NCBI GenBank assembly: GCA_963707985.1
Contig: CAVPRW010000035.1
Location: 1 to 64,000, forward strand
Origin: an uncultured Nitrospinota bacterium
GTDB taxonomy: Bacteria; Tectomicrobia; Entotheonellia; J063; CAVPRW01
Length of the DNA: 64,000 bases
Reading direction: 5' to 3'
Below are positions 30,875 through 41,874 of the stretch, piece after piece (position 1 is the stretch's first letter; the number at the start of each line of letters is the position of its first letter). A model generated the notes under the pieces. That model searched no databases, was not told the origin of the DNA, and saw only the letters and a program-made list of their open reading frames with translations. The translations under genes and the position numbers were made by a program.

Positions 30875-31553
30875 TTATGAGGAGGAATTGACCACGCCAT
30901 CGGCGGAACCGCTCATCAGCAGGTAATCCACCATCATCGAAATCAACTCATCGCGCTGCAGCAGGGCATAGGGATAACGTTCGGGGAGCAGATGCTGGCC
31001 ATCGCGTAGCGCCGGCACCTGCTCGGGGTCTTGCGTTTCGCCTTGCTTGAAGACCAGATAGGCTTCTCGCAGATGACGACCGCCCCGGTGCTCAAGATTC
31101 ACCTGGAAGATGCTGTCGGCCCAAGCCTCGAAAACCACACGTCCAGGAGGTCGCTCGTCCCCTGAAGGGAATTCGAACAACAACTCTTCCCCAACCCAGA
31201 ATGGCTCGGCTTGAATGCGTCCGAGCCGGAGTAGGTCTAGTCGCACATCCGTATATGTCCCGTCGGCATCGGGATAGACGCGATGTAAGTAATCAAACAC
31301 GATCCGGTCCGCTGTCGGTTTCCCGAAGACGTTCTCCAGGAGCAGGTTGCGCACGGAGCGAGCGTATGAGATGCTGTATCCAGAGCTCGACGGTAAAAGT
31401 CCGATAGGCCACCAACCGTTCTCCAGCGACGGACGCAAACGAGGGAGTTTGCTCGCGCAACAACAGCCCATGATAGCTCAGGCTCTTGGCCAGACGCGTT
31501 TCGATAGGGGAATCGCCGTAATGAATTTCGCCTGCTCCCAGGGATTTGCCCAT
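30875..31553 (-). CDS. Hypothetical protein, probably frameshifted near 31360
   Basis: Protein-like composition in 31293-31553 (N-part) and 30875-31360 (C-part); no family recognised. Confidence 0.45.
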
Positions 31554-31886
31554 AGTGGCCTCGTAGTATGGTAGATCGCACGTAACGCCGAAGTGTCCAA
31601 TTTAGCAAGAAACACACCGGATGTCCAGGTAGGTGGCCGTTTCGGGCCGCCAGATCTGGGCGACAGCGTGCCAGCGCTGGTGTTCCACTGCAGTTCCACT
31701 GGGAGAAGGGCGGGGAGAGGGCAGCCAGTCGCAGCTTTACACGTCCTACACAAGCCGTTATATTGCAGACGCGCATGGAGCCGCTATCGTCATGGAAATG
31801 TTCGACAGGTCAAGAGTGCTTCCATCACCTCACAACCCTGTGGTAGAGCACAGACACGGCACGTATCGGCAGGGAGATGGACTACC

Positions 31887-34652
31887 GTGAGCGAGCAGCT
31901 GATCATCCGCGGCGCGCGCGCCCATAATCTCAAGAACCTCAACCTCGACCTCCCCCGTCGCGCCTTGATCGTGATCACCGGTCTGAGCGGCGCCGGCAAG
32001 TCATCGCTGGCTTTCGATACGATTTATGCTGAAGGCCACCGACGTTATGTCGAATCGCTCTCAACCTATGCCCGCCAGTTCCTGGAGCGCGTGGAAAAGC
32101 CTGACCTCGATTATGTCGAAGGCATTTCTCCGGCGATTGCCATCGAGCAAGTCAATCCGGTGAAGCACTCACGCTCGACCGTGGGTACCTCTACCGAAAT
32201 CTATGACTATCTCCGGTTGCTATTCGCCAAGATCGGCGTGACCGTCTGCCCCAATTGTGGGGCGCGAGTGCAACCTGACAGCGTCCAGGGCACCGTCGAT
32301 CGACTGCTGGCCGTACATCGCGGTAAACGGGTGTTGATTCTCTATCCCCTGCCGATCACCGCCGCCACCTCGGTAGCGGGGCTGGTGGCCAATCTGCTGG
32401 CTGAAGGATTCGTCCGGGTGCAGGTACGAGATCAGGTGCACACACTGACCTCGAATCTGATGCTGGACCTCGTGGGATTGTCGCACATCGACGTCGTGGT
32501 GGACCGCCTGGTCGTGCAGGAAAGCCAACGTAGCCGCCTGACGGAGTCCCTAGAGACGGCGTTCATCAAGGGGAGTGGGATGGCGTTGGTCGCTATCGTC
32601 GGAGAGGAGACCTGGCGTCTGAGCGATCAGTTTCATTGCCTGCCGTGCGGCCGTGTCTTTGAGCGTCCGACGCCGCTGTTTTTCTCTTTTAACAACCCAC
32701 GCGGAGCATGTCCGGTCTGCAAAGGTTTCGGCAACATCTTGGATTATGACCTCAATCTCATCATTCCCGACCCGCACAAGAGCCTGGCAGATGGTGCCAT
32801 TGAGCCCTGGACACTGCCACGTTATCGGCGTCACTACAGCGATGAGCTACGGCGACTGGCCCGGCATGAGGGCATCGATTTGCGCCAGGCCTATAATCAG
32901 CTGCCAGAGGAGCAGCAGCACAAGATTCTGCATGGCTGTGGAGAGTTCATCGGCGTCCTGCCGTTCTTTCGCCGCCTGGAAGCGAAGAAATATAAGCTGT
33001 ACATTCGGGTCTTTCTGAGCCGCTACGTCACCGCCGTTGATTGCGCCCAGTGCGGCGGCACCCGGTTGCGCCAGGAGGCGTTGTATGTGAAAGTCGGTGG
33101 CTTATCGATCGCTCAACTCAGTCAGATGACGGTCGGAGCGCTCGAACAGTGTTTGGATGCAGCTCAGTTGACCCCATTCGAGCGTGACATCGCCGCCAGG
33201 CTGCTCGCCGAGATCCAGGCACGGCTGCGTTTCTTGCTCCATGTGGGTCTGGATTATCTCAGCATCGATCGCCTCAGCCGTACGCTTTCGGGGGGTGAGG
33301 CCCAGCGGATTAGCCTGGCGAACCAACTGGGCGCCCGCCTGACTGACACGCTGTATATCCTCGATGAGCCCACCATTGGACTCCACCCACGCGATACGCA
33401 ACGCCTCGTGTCTATCTTGCGGCAGCTCACCGACCAGGGGAACACGGTGATCGTCGTCGAACATGATCGCGACGTCATCGTCGCCGCTGATCACGTGGTG
33501 GACCTTGGGCCCGGCGCAGGAGAGCACGGCGGTGAGCTGATGTTCTGCGGCCCGACCGAAAAACTCTGGCACGATCCTACCTCGCTCACCGCCCGTTACC
33601 TGCGAGAGGAGCTGACCATCCCGCTGCCGCGGCAGCGACGGCCGACGAATGGCCAGACGCTACAGCTGCTCGGAGCACGGGAACATAATCTACAAGGGCT
33701 CGATATTAGCATTCCCTTGCACACACTGACCTGCGTCACCGGCGTCTCTGGCTCCGGGAAAAGCACGCTGGTGCACGACACCCTCTACCGTGCCCTCGAA
33801 CGCGTCTTCCACGGCACCAGCAGCAAGATGGGTAAGTTCGACCGCATCGTGGGGGTGGAGTACTTGCGTGATGTGATTCTCCTCGACCAGCAACCGATCG
33901 GCAAAACCCCGCGCTCCAATCCGGTGACCTATGTGGACGCGTTTGGCCCCATCCGCAAGCTCTTCGCGCAGACCTCCAGGGCGCGGCTCGCAGGCTATCG
34001 CGCCGGCGATTTCTCCTTTAACGTACCGGGAGGGCGCTGTGAGGCCTGCGAGGGCAATGGCTCTGTGCGGATCGAGATGCATTTCATGGCCGATCTCTAC
34101 GTCACCTGCGAGCATTGCGGCGGCACACGCTTTAAGCCCGAGATCTTGGAAGTACGCTACGGTGGCGTGAACATTCATGAGGCGTTGCAGATGAGCGTTA
34201 CACAGGCGGTAGATTTTTTTACCGAGGCCCCTCAGGCGCAAACACGCCTGGCACTGATCGCCGAGGTCGGCTTGGGCTATATTCGACTGGGCCAGCCCGC
34301 CAACACGCTCTCCGGGGGTGAGGCCCAACGCCTCAAGATCGCTGCCGAGTTCGGGAAAAAAGCTCCGCGCGACATCCTCTACATGCTCGATGAACCGACC
34401 ACGGGTCTGCATTTCGACGATGTACGGACGCTCGTGCAGGTGCTCAATCGCCTGGTCGATCAAGGGAACACGGTGGTAGTCGTGGAGCACAATCTTGAGG
34501 TGATCAAAACCAGCGATTATGTCATTGACCTCGGCCCTGAGGGCGGGGAACGCGGTGGTAAGATTGTGGCGGTAGGGACCCCTGAGGCGATTGCCCACAA
34601 CCGGCGATCGCATACCGGACGGTATCTACGCCAGGTGCTGAAACGGGCCTAA
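31887..34652 (+). CDS. uvrA: Excinuclease ABC subunit A
   Basis: GARAHNLKN; GLSGAGKSSLAFDTIYAEG; two LSGGEAQR / LDEPT.GLH ABC modules; Zn fingers. Confidence 0.96.
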   Translation: MSEQLIIRGARAHNLKNLNLDLPRRALIVITGLSGAGKSSLAFDTIYAEGHRRYVESLSTYARQFLERVEKPDLDYVEGISPAIAIEQVNPVKHSRSTVGTSTEIYDYLRLLFAKIGVTVCPNCGARVQPDSVQGTVDRLLAVHRGKRVLILYPLPITAATSVAGLVANLLAEGFVRVQVRDQVHTLTSNLMLDLVGLSHIDVVVDRLVVQESQRSRLTESLETAFIKGSGMALVAIVGEETWRLSDQFHCLPCGRVFERPTPLFFSFNNPRGACPVCKGFGNILDYDLNLIIPDPHKSLADGAIEPWTLPRYRRHYSDELRRLARHEGIDLRQAYNQLPEEQQHKILHGCGEFIGVLPFFRRLEAKKYKLYIRVFLSRYVTAVDCAQCGGTRLRQEALYVKVGGLSIAQLSQMTVGALEQCLDAAQLTPFERDIAARLLAEIQARLRFLLHVGLDYLSIDRLSRTLSGGEAQRISLANQLGARLTDTLYILDEPTIGLHPRDTQRLVSILRQLTDQGNTVIVVEHDRDVIVAADHVVDLGPGAGEHGGELMFCGPTEKLWHDPTSLTARYLREELTIPLPRQRRPTNGQTLQLLGAREHNLQGLDISIPLHTLTCVTGVSGSGKSTLVHDTLYRALERVFHGTSSKMGKFDRIVGVEYLRDVILLDQQPIGKTPRSNPVTYVDAFGPIRKLFAQTSRARLAGYRAGDFSFNVPGGRCEACEGNGSVRIEMHFMADLYVTCEHCGGTRFKPEILEVRYGGVNIHEALQMSVTQAVDFFTEAPQAQTRLALIAEVGLGYIRLGQPANTLSGGEAQRLKIAAEFGKKAPRDILYMLDEPTTGLHFDDVRTLVQVLNRLVDQGNTVVVVEHNLEVIKTSDYVIDLGPEGGERGGKIVAVGTPEAIAHNRRSHTGRYLRQVLKRA

Positions 34653-34709
34653 CAGACACCCATGGGCGGCGGTGATCCTGTGGACAGCCGACGACACGCG
34701 AGTCAAGGG

Positions 34710-34991
34710 ATGAACGATCCGATGGACGAGACCTACTACGAGTTCGAGCCCGAATGGGAGCAAATTTTCACCACCTCCAGCGAAGTGGAGAGCCACCTCA
34801 TCAAAGGCCTACTTGAAGGTGAGGGAATGCCCTGCCGGCTGCACTCGCGGCGAGTGCCGCAGTTTCCCCTGACCGTCAATGGCCTGGGGACGATCGAGAT
34901 CCACGTCCGCCCACAGGACGCGCCGGAAGGCCGCCGTCTCCTCTTTATGATATGCTCTGCGGGGAAACCGCAGCCCTCGCGTGAGATGTAA
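34710..34991 (+). CDS. DUF2007 domain protein
   Basis: E.HLIKGLLEGEG.P....(G...I.V...D) pattern. Confidence 0.65.
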   Translation: MNDPMDETYYEFEPEWEQIFTTSSEVESHLIKGLLEGEGMPCRLHSRRVPQFPLTVNGLGTIEIHVRPQDAPEGRRLLFMICSAGKPQPSREM

Positions 34992-35062
34992 ACCACATGC
35001 CAACATTTCGGTTGACAGTCAAGAGTGTTCATTGTCCGCGTAGCATCCGTCGAGGAGGGATC

Positions 35063-36377
35063 ATGAAGCAGGTGTGGGTGTGTCTGTGTGTCATCGGCGT
35101 CTGGGGTGGCAGTGTGGCATGGGCCCAGCTCCCACAAATCGAGGATTACCGCGGTGATCTGTGGTCCCGCCCAGCGCTGACGGGTGATTGGGGTGGCCTG
35201 CGCAACACCCTGGCGAACAAGGGCATCAATCTCGATGTCGACCTGGTGCAAGGCGTGTTGGGCCTCAATACGGGGGGTTCGTTCCGCAATCAGGACAGCA
35301 TGCGGTACCCCTATGGTGGGCACGCCCAGTACGATCTCAACATCGATACCGGCAAGCTGGGCCTGTGGCCCGGCGGCTTTCTCCATATCATGGGGGAGAG
35401 CCAATTTGGCTCGTATCTGCAGGGGAAAGAAACCGGTGCCCTGCTGCCTCCCAATGCCGCCGCCCTCTACCCCATGCCGTTCGATGACACGACCACGCTC
35501 ACGAGCGTCGTCTTCACCCAATTTCTGGCCAAGTGGTTCGGCATCTACCTGGGCAAGCTCGACACCTTCGGCGGCGATATGAATGCCTTGGCCCACGAGT
35601 GGAAAACCCAATTCATGAATACCGGCTTCGGCCCGAACCCGGTCCTCTTCAATACCTTCCCGTATTCGACGTTGGGCGCCGGCTTGATCGTGCTCCCCAC
35701 CGACGTGGTGCAGTTCACCTTCACCGCTGCGAGTCCAGGGGGGACTGCCAATAGCGCTGGGTTCAATACCCTGCTCGAGGAGGGTGTCGTGCTGGACGCG
35801 GAGCTCCGGGTGGGGATCAAGCCTTTCGGCCTGCCTGGACACCAATTGTTCGGCGGCATCTGGAGCAGCCAAAGCGTTCACATCTCTGGCGCAAGATCCG
35901 CGCGAGGCGATCCCGGTCGGGGACGTTCTTCGGGGGGAGATCTCCCTCAGCGACGCCCGCAGCGAGGTGCAGATTCGCGACACGTCAGGCTCCTGGGCCG
36001 CCTACTATAACTTCGATCAGTTCCTCTATACGACCACCGCGGACGGTTCACAAGGCATCGGCATCTTCGGCCGGATAGGCCTTGGGGATCCGAACACCAA
36101 CATTCTCGAACAGTTCTACAGCTTCGGCATCGCGGGTCAGGGCATGCTCCCCGGGCGCGATCGGGACCGCTATGGCATCGGCTTCTACTATACCAACTTC
36201 AGTAGCAAGTTACCGGAGATCATCCTCTCGGGCGATGAGATTGGCCTGGAAGTCTTCTACAACATTGCCGCGACCCCCTGGCTCTTTGTGACCCCGGATA
36301 TCCAGGTCATCGAACCGGCGGGCAAACGTGCCACCACCGCCTTCCTCTCCGGCGTGCGTGTGCAGATGTGCTTCTGA
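35063..36377 (+). CDS. Carbohydrate-selective porin (OprB family); frameshift near 35870
   Basis: Signal peptide; LTGDWGGLR..LA..G; R..DRYGIG; E.FYN..A.PW..VTPDIQ; terminal F. Confidence 0.85.
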
Positions 36378-36499
36378 CCGACAAAGCCATTCATCCCCAT
36401 GTGGGGAGAGATTTTAGCCTTGACAAGAGGGGTAGGGAAAGGCTGCGAGAGGCATTCATCACCAGAGGCCGTGTTCTCTAGCATGAGAGGAGGAAGGAG

Positions 36500-36781
36500 A
36501 TGCCTGCGATATCCGAGAGTGAAGCCCGTACCCGAATGGGGGAAGTACCAGGTTGGGACATTGGCGACAAGTCGCTGGTCCGTAAACTGGCATTACCGTC
36601 ATTTCCTGATGCCATGGCCTTCGTGCTCAAGGTTGCCTTCGTAGCAGAGGCTGCTGATCACCATCCCGACATCGCCATCAACTACCGTCGCGTGACGCTC
36701 ACGCTGTGGACACACACAGAAGGCGGCATCACAGAGAAAGATTTCGCGCTAGCGAAAGCGATCAACAAGTTGCTTGGATGA
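36500..36781 (+). CDS. phhB: Pterin-4-alpha-carbinolamine dehydratase
   Basis: AEAADHHPDI...Y..V...LWTH..GGIT.KD. Confidence 0.92.
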   Translation: MPAISESEARTRMGEVPGWDIGDKSLVRKLALPSFPDAMAFVLKVAFVAEAADHHPDIAINYRRVTLTLWTHTEGGITEKDFALAKAINKLLG

Positions 36782-36808
36782 GATCCCTCTTCATGTTGGT
36801 AAAAATTG

Positions 36809-37696
36809 CTAACGCCGCAGACGGGGATCCAGTGCATCCCGTAGCCCATCACCCAGCAGGTTAAAGCTCACCACAATGAGAAAAATCGCCATCCCCGGAA
36901 AGAAGGTGACCCAGGGGGCCAGGCGCAGATATGATCGCCCTTCCGACAGCATCGCCCCCCACTCAGGAGTGGGGGGTGTCGCTCCGAGCCCCAAAAAACT
37001 GAGTGCCGCGGCTTCGACGATGGCTTCGGCGAGCCCCAGCGTGGCTTGCACGATGACCGGGGGCATGACGTTCGGGACGAGATGACGACACAGCAGGTGT
37101 CGTTGCCTGATCCCGAGCGCCTGCCCGGCTTCGACGTAGGTTTGTGCTTTTTCCACCAGGGTCGTGGCGCGAACCAGACGGATGAAGCGCGGCAGATAGA
37201 TGATGGCGAGTGCCAGCATGGCATTGCGCAAGCCGGGGCCGAAGGCGGTAACGATGGCGATGGCCAGGAGCACGGCCGGAAACGCCAGCAGGATATCGCT
37301 GGTGCGCATAATGACCGCATCGATGAGCTGTCCCCAGCGTCCTGCGGTGTAAAATCCTGCCACCAGTCCGAGCCCCAGCCCTCCAGCCACAGCGATGCCA
37401 ACAGAAACGAAGCCGATCGTGAGGGAGATGCGTGCACCATGCAGGACGCGACTCAAGATATCCCGCCCGAAATCGTCGGTGCCCAGCAGGTGTTCCCGAG
37501 AAGGCCCCTGCAGGCGCCGATTCAGATCCTGGGCGAGTGGATCGTAGGGACTCAGCCAGGGGGCCAGCAAAGCCATCACGAAGAAACACAAGGTGACCAG
37601 CGCGCCGGTGACCCCGCCGGGGTGCCGCAGGAGTCGCCGAAGGATGGCACGCCCAGGGTGAAGGGGTTGGGCCTGGGACAGGGAGCCGCTATTCAT
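36809..37696 (-). CDS. dppC: Peptide ABC transporter permease
   Basis: HLLGTDDFGRDILSR; YVEA..ALG; LSFLGLG..PPTPEWG; GDGLRDALDP. Confidence 0.9.
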   Translation of the reverse strand: MNSGSLSQAQPLHPGRAILRRLLRHPGGVTGALVTLCFFVMALLAPWLSPYDPLAQDLNRRLQGPSREHLLGTDDFGRDILSRVLHGARISLTIGFVSVGIAVAGGLGLGLVAGFYTAGRWGQLIDAVIMRTSDILLAFPAVLLAIAIVTAFGPGLRNAMLALAIIYLPRFIRLVRATTLVEKAQTYVEAGQALGIRQRHLLCRHLVPNVMPPVIVQATLGLAEAIVEAAALSFLGLGATPPTPEWGAMLSEGRSYLRLAPWVTFFPGMAIFLIVVSFNLLGDGLRDALDPRLRR

Positions 37697-38693
37697 AGCG
37701 AATGTGCGGGTTGGCGAGCGCGTATAATAAATCTACCGCCAGGTTGATGACCGAGAACGTGGCAGCGATCAGTAATGTGCCGCCCTGGACCACCGGATAA
37801 TCTCGCGCCAAGACGGCGTTATATAATAAGCGTCCCAAACCCGGCCAGGAAAAGATGGTCTCGGTGAGAATGGCCCCGCCCAAGAGCAGGCCAAACTGGA
37901 GTCCACCGATGGTCAAAATCGGGATCAGGGCATTGCGCAACGCATGGCGGGTCACCACCCTCCATTCATGCACACCCTTGCCACGGGCGGTCAGGATGTA
38001 CTCCTGCCGCAGCACCTCCAGCAGGCTCGAACGGGTCATGCGAGCGATAATGGCGAGCGGCACGGTGGCCAGGGTCAGGCTCGGTAACACCAGATGCCAG
38101 AGGGCATTCCAGAAGGCCTGCCAATGGCGTGTGAGTAGACTATCAAGAAGGTAAAAACCACTGATCGTGTCCAGGGACAGTCGCGCATCGAGACGCCCTG
38201 AGGGTGGAAACCAGCCCAACAACAGGGCAAAAGTCCAAATTATCATCAGACCAAGCCAAAAGATTGGCATCGACACACCGGCCAGCGACAGCAGCATAAA
38301 GCCGCTGTCCAGCACCGAGTAATGGTGAGTGGCCGACACGATGCCGGCCAGGACGCCGATGACGCTGGCCACGCAGAAAGCTGTGAGACTGAGCTCGATG
38401 GTCGCCGGAAAACGCTCTGATAACTCCTCGACGACGCGTGTGTTGGTGTGGATTGAACGGCCCAAATTGCCGGTAAGAATGTTCTTGAGGTAGATGAGAT
38501 ACTGAACGGCCAAGGGTCGATCCAGGCCAAGGCTGTGGCGCAATTCGGCGCTACGCTCAGCCGTGGCACGCTCCCCTAACATCACTAGGGCAGGGTCGCC
38601 GGGGATCAGGCGCATAAGCAGGAAAATGGTGAAGGAGACGCCCAACAATACATACATGAGGCAGAAGAGACGCCGTGCGACGTAAGGCACCAT
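37689..38693 (-). CDS. dppB: Peptide ABC transporter permease
   Basis: IPGDPA; GLDRP...QY; SMPIFW; RMTRSS; HALRNAL; ETIFSWPGLG; RDYPVVQG. Confidence 0.9.
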   Translation of the reverse strand: MVPYVARRLFCLMYVLLGVSFTIFLLMRLIPGDPALVMLGERATAERSAELRHSLGLDRPLAVQYLIYLKNILTGNLGRSIHTNTRVVEELSERFPATIELSLTAFCVASVIGVLAGIVSATHHYSVLDSGFMLLSLAGVSMPIFWLGLMIIWTFALLLGWFPPSGRLDARLSLDTISGFYLLDSLLTRHWQAFWNALWHLVLPSLTLATVPLAIIARMTRSSLLEVLRQEYILTARGKGVHEWRVVTRHALRNALIPILTIGGLQFGLLLGGAILTETIFSWPGLGRLLYNAVLARDYPVVQGGTLLIAATFSVINLAVDLLYALANPHIRYE

Positions 38694-38699
38694 GCCCGG

Positions 38700-40286
38700 C
38701 TACTGCTTTTCAAGCCAAACGGTGTCCAGCTTCTCGCCGCCCGTCGCATGAGGGATGTAGCCCATGACGGTCTTCTTGGCGGCCAACGGCGGGGTGGTGT
38801 GGGCGATGGTCACGTTCGCCGCATCCTCTTTCAGCACTACCTGCGCCTCACGGTACAACTGCGCGCGCTCCTCCTGCGTGAGGACAGCGCGCGCCTTGCT
38901 TGTCAGCTCCGCTGCCTTGGCGTTGAAATAGCGCGAGCGTGTCTCTTGTTGCCCGAAGAACCAATACAGAAAGTTATCTGGATCGCCGTTATCACCTGTC
39001 CAGCCCAGCATATACATGTCTTGCTCGCCGTCACGAGTCTTAGCCAGATAGGTGGCCCAATCCATGGTAACGATGTCGGCGTCGATGCCCACGGCTTTCA
39101 GATCGGCCTGGATCGCTTCGGCGATTTTCGTCGGCTGTGGCATGTATGGCCGTGGATTCGGCATCACCCACAGTTTGGTCTTGAAGCCATTCGGTAGGCC
39201 AGCTTTGGCAAGAAACTGGCGCGCGCTCGCTGGATCGTACTCATAATCCGCCACGGCATCGTTATAGCCCCATAGCGACGGCGGCAGCATATTCGTGGCC
39301 GGGACGCCAATGCCGCCGAACAGCTTCTCGACGATGACCCGCTTGTTGATCGCATGGGCAATGGCACGGCGCACGTCACGCTTGCCGAAAGGCTCCTTCT
39401 CCACATTCCACCAGAGGTAGCCGACGTTCATGCTGGGGCGCAGGATAAGTTGGAGATGCGCATCGTTTTGGATGCTTGGGATGTCATCCGGGTTGAGAAA
39501 TTCCATCAGATCGATGCTGCCGGTTTGTAGTTCGAGCAGGCGAGCCGAGTTGTCGACGATGGAACGGAAGATGACACGATCGAGTAAGGCCTTTTCACCC
39601 CAGTAGCTGGGGTTGCGCTCCAAGACGATGCGGTCATCTTTCCGCCATTCTCTATAGCGGAATGGCCCTGTGCCCACAGGGTTCTTGAAATAATCGTCGC
39701 CATGCTTTTTGATCGCCGTCGGACTGGCGATCCCGAACATCGGCATGGCGAGATTGGCCAGGAAAGGGGCCATCGGCTTATCAAGAACAAACTCCACGGA
39801 GAACTCATCGATCGCTTTGACCGATTTCACGAAGCCAGGAAAACCGCCAAACATCGACTTCCAATATTCAAAGACGCCCTTATGGTAGGGATGCTGCTCG
39901 AACATCCATCGTTCAAAGTTGAACACCACAGCTTCCGCATTGAAGGGCGTGCCGTCGTGAAACGTGACGTGGTGCCGCAGTTCGAATTTCCATTCGAGCC
40001 CAGAGGGTGAGGTCACCCAAAGCTCGGCGAGGCAGGGGACGATCTCGGTGCTGTCGCGTTTGTACTCCAACAGCGACTCATAGATGTTGCGCGTGACGCG
40101 GAACGATTCGCCATCCGTGACCACGGCAGGGTCGAGTCCGACCGAATCAGCACCGCGGCCGAAGACGAAGGCTCCCCCTTTGACCGGGGTCTGCGCCCAC
40201 CCCGCCGCAATGCCCATCCATACCAGACATAGCGCCAGCAGCCACATGCCGGGGCGAGTCTTCATGGCGTGCTCCTTCATGGGCAC
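38700..40286 (-). CDS. dppA: Peptide ABC transporter substrate-binding protein (family 5)
   Basis: LDP....DGES; FHDGTPFNA; PVGTGPF; RPYMP; GWTGDNGDPDNF. Confidence 0.9.
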   Translation of the reverse strand: MPMKEHAMKTRPGMWLLALCLVWMGIAAGWAQTPVKGGAFVFGRGADSVGLDPAVVTDGESFRVTRNIYESLLEYKRDSTEIVPCLAELWVTSPSGLEWKFELRHHVTFHDGTPFNAEAVVFNFERWMFEQHPYHKGVFEYWKSMFGGFPGFVKSVKAIDEFSVEFVLDKPMAPFLANLAMPMFGIASPTAIKKHGDDYFKNPVGTGPFRYREWRKDDRIVLERNPSYWGEKALLDRVIFRSIVDNSARLLELQTGSIDLMEFLNPDDIPSIQNDAHLQLILRPSMNVGYLWWNVEKEPFGKRDVRRAIAHAINKRVIVEKLFGGIGVPATNMLPPSLWGYNDAVADYEYDPASARQFLAKAGLPNGFKTKLWVMPNPRPYMPQPTKIAEAIQADLKAVGIDADIVTMDWATYLAKTRDGEQDMYMLGWTGDNGDPDNFLYWFFGQQETRSRYFNAKAAELTSKARAVLTQEERAQLYREAQVVLKEDAANVTIAHTTPPLAAKKTVMGYIPHATGGEKLDTVWLEKQ

Positions 40287-40295
40287 ATCTGTGCC

Positions 40296-40811
40296 CTAGG
40301 CTGGGCGAAACGGTGTCCCGAAACGCTCACGGTGTGCGATCTGCTCCAGCGTTTTGCGCCGCTTCCTCAGACGCTTGGCAACATCCGTAGGATAGCCAAA
40401 TGGGAGCACGGTAATCAGCTCGCAGCCTTCGGGGATGTCGAGCAGATGTTTGACCCCGTCGCGATCCACCCCCCCGATCCAGCAACTGCCGAGCCCTTCC
40501 TCCCAGGCCGCCAGTTGCATGCTGGAAATGGCGCGTGTTCCGTCGACGAGCGGCACTCGTGCGCCGTCTGTCACCACCACGATGGCCAGCGGGGCCTCCG
40601 CTAGATAAGGTCCTGAGGGTGCCATCGCAGCTAGTTGCTTGAGGGTCTCCCTGTCCTGCACCACAATGAAATGCCAGGGCTGTCGATTGCGCTGGCTTGG
40701 AGACCAGCGTCCCGCTTCGAGAATTTTCTGCAGAACGGCCTCGGGCACGACATCGGGCTTGAACTCTCGAGTTTCGATGCGTCCACGTACGCATTCAAAA
40801 ACGCTCATCAT
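40296..40811 (-). CDS. Nitroreductase family protein
   Basis: R...R.F; A...SPS..N.QPWHFIVV; LAAW.EGLGSCWIG; GYP. Confidence 0.9.
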   Translation of the reverse strand: MMSVFECVRGRIETREFKPDVVPEAVLQKILEAGRWSPSQRNRQPWHFIVVQDRETLKQLAAMAPSGPYLAEAPLAIVVVTDGARVPLVDGTRAISSMQLAAWEEGLGSCWIGGVDRDGVKHLLDIPEGCELITVLPFGYPTDVAKRLRKRRKTLEQIAHRERFGTPFRPA

Positions 40812-41209
40812 CTCTTCGCCCCCCTGCATTCCCCATGTACGCTGCTGGTACGTTCGCTGTCGCTTATGTTACCCACTTCGTGGAGCTGAGACAACCCTCT
40901 TCCCGCCAGGCGGGCTGGACCGCATGTTCATGCGTCATCCCTGCGGCTCTCACTCTCAGATGGAGAGCCGCGTTATGAGGTCTAGCCATGCCTGTCAGCC
41001 ACGACCGCTAGGGGTGCGAGGTCGAGACCCCGGAGGCTTGGTGAGCGGGCATCAATGGGAGGCTGGGGACGAGGCGCAGTGCTATACAAGATGGCATGTC
41101 TCAGAGAATTCTTGACACGGCATGCATAAATGTGTAGAAACAGCTATATTAGCTTCAGGATCTGGCTTGCTTAAATACGTGCGGTGCTTAATAAGTAAAA
41201 AGTCTGAAA

Positions 41210-41250
41210 TAAGAATAATTCTTGACAATGTCCGCATGAGAGTATATAGT
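41210..41250 (+). promoter_or_regulatory. Sigma70-type promoter of the Fur/PerR gene with an overlapping operator
   Basis: TTGACA (41222)-17 bp-TATAGT (41245); palindrome AAGAAT-A-ATTCTT (41211-41223) overlaps the -35. Confidence 0.65.
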
Positions 41251-41279
41251 GACTCTCGAACATGAAACGAGGGGGCAAG

Positions 41280-41759
41280 ATGCTTCAGGGGCGGGAAGGG
41301 ATCGACCGACAGCTAGGGGCTCAGCACTACGAGCATCGGATGGAGCGAACCGCAGAGGCGCTACAGTCGAAGGGGTTTCGGCTGACGCCACATCGCGAAG
41401 CGGTGCACGCTTACCTGGCGAGCGTTGATCATCATCCGACCGCAGAAGAGGTCTATCTCGCTGTGAAAGCCCATGGATCGCGGTTGAGTTTGGCGACGGT
41501 CTATAATGCCCTGGAAGCCCTAGTTGCGGCTGGCTTAGCGAGTAAACTCGCCTTCGGCGATGGCTCGGCGCGCTACGATATTCGGACGGACCAGCATGAC
41601 CACATCCATTGCTTGGGCTGCGGCATGCTACGCGATTTGCCTCCACGCCTTAGGAGAGATTCCCTCGGCGAAGTGCCGGAGGAGGGCTTTCAGGTGACGG
41701 GGTATCGCTTGGAGCTACTCGGCTATTGTGCGGCCTGCCGCCAGGGCCAAAACCACTAA
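41280..41759 (+). CDS. Fur-family regulator, PerR-like
   Basis: RLTPHR; HPTAEEVY; SLATVYNAL; RYD...HDH..C..C; C-terminal C..C; adjacent to dps. Confidence 0.88.
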   Translation: MLQGREGIDRQLGAQHYEHRMERTAEALQSKGFRLTPHREAVHAYLASVDHHPTAEEVYLAVKAHGSRLSLATVYNALEALVAAGLASKLAFGDGSARYDIRTDQHDHIHCLGCGMLRDLPPRLRRDSLGEVPEEGFQVTGYRLELLGYCAACRQGQNH

Positions 41760-41777
41760 ATTTTTTTGGTGTTTATA

Positions 41778-41792
41778 TTATAATTATTATAA
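41778..41792. promoter_or_regulatory. Per-box upstream of dps
   Basis: TTATAATTATTATAA, an exact match to the Bacillus PerR consensus TTATAATnATTATAA. Confidence 0.75.
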
Positions 41793-41874
41793 TTATAATT
41801 ATATGACGTTTGTGCCCGATGCTGTGTCCATAGTATCGGGAAGTGTGGTCCATAATCTCAAAGGAGGGAAATCC

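Noticed and set aside
31471..31553. In-frame TGA (31478-31480) joining ORF 31478-31753 to 30875-31471 as a fourth selenoprotein
   Set aside because: No redox motif at the TGA, and the read-through sequence looks non-coding; a frameshift from the 31293-31553 frame is more plausible.
41770..41805. CRISPR or microsatellite
   Set aside because: Short AT palindromes best explained as Per-box operator(s); no repeat-spacer array was seen anywhere in the window.
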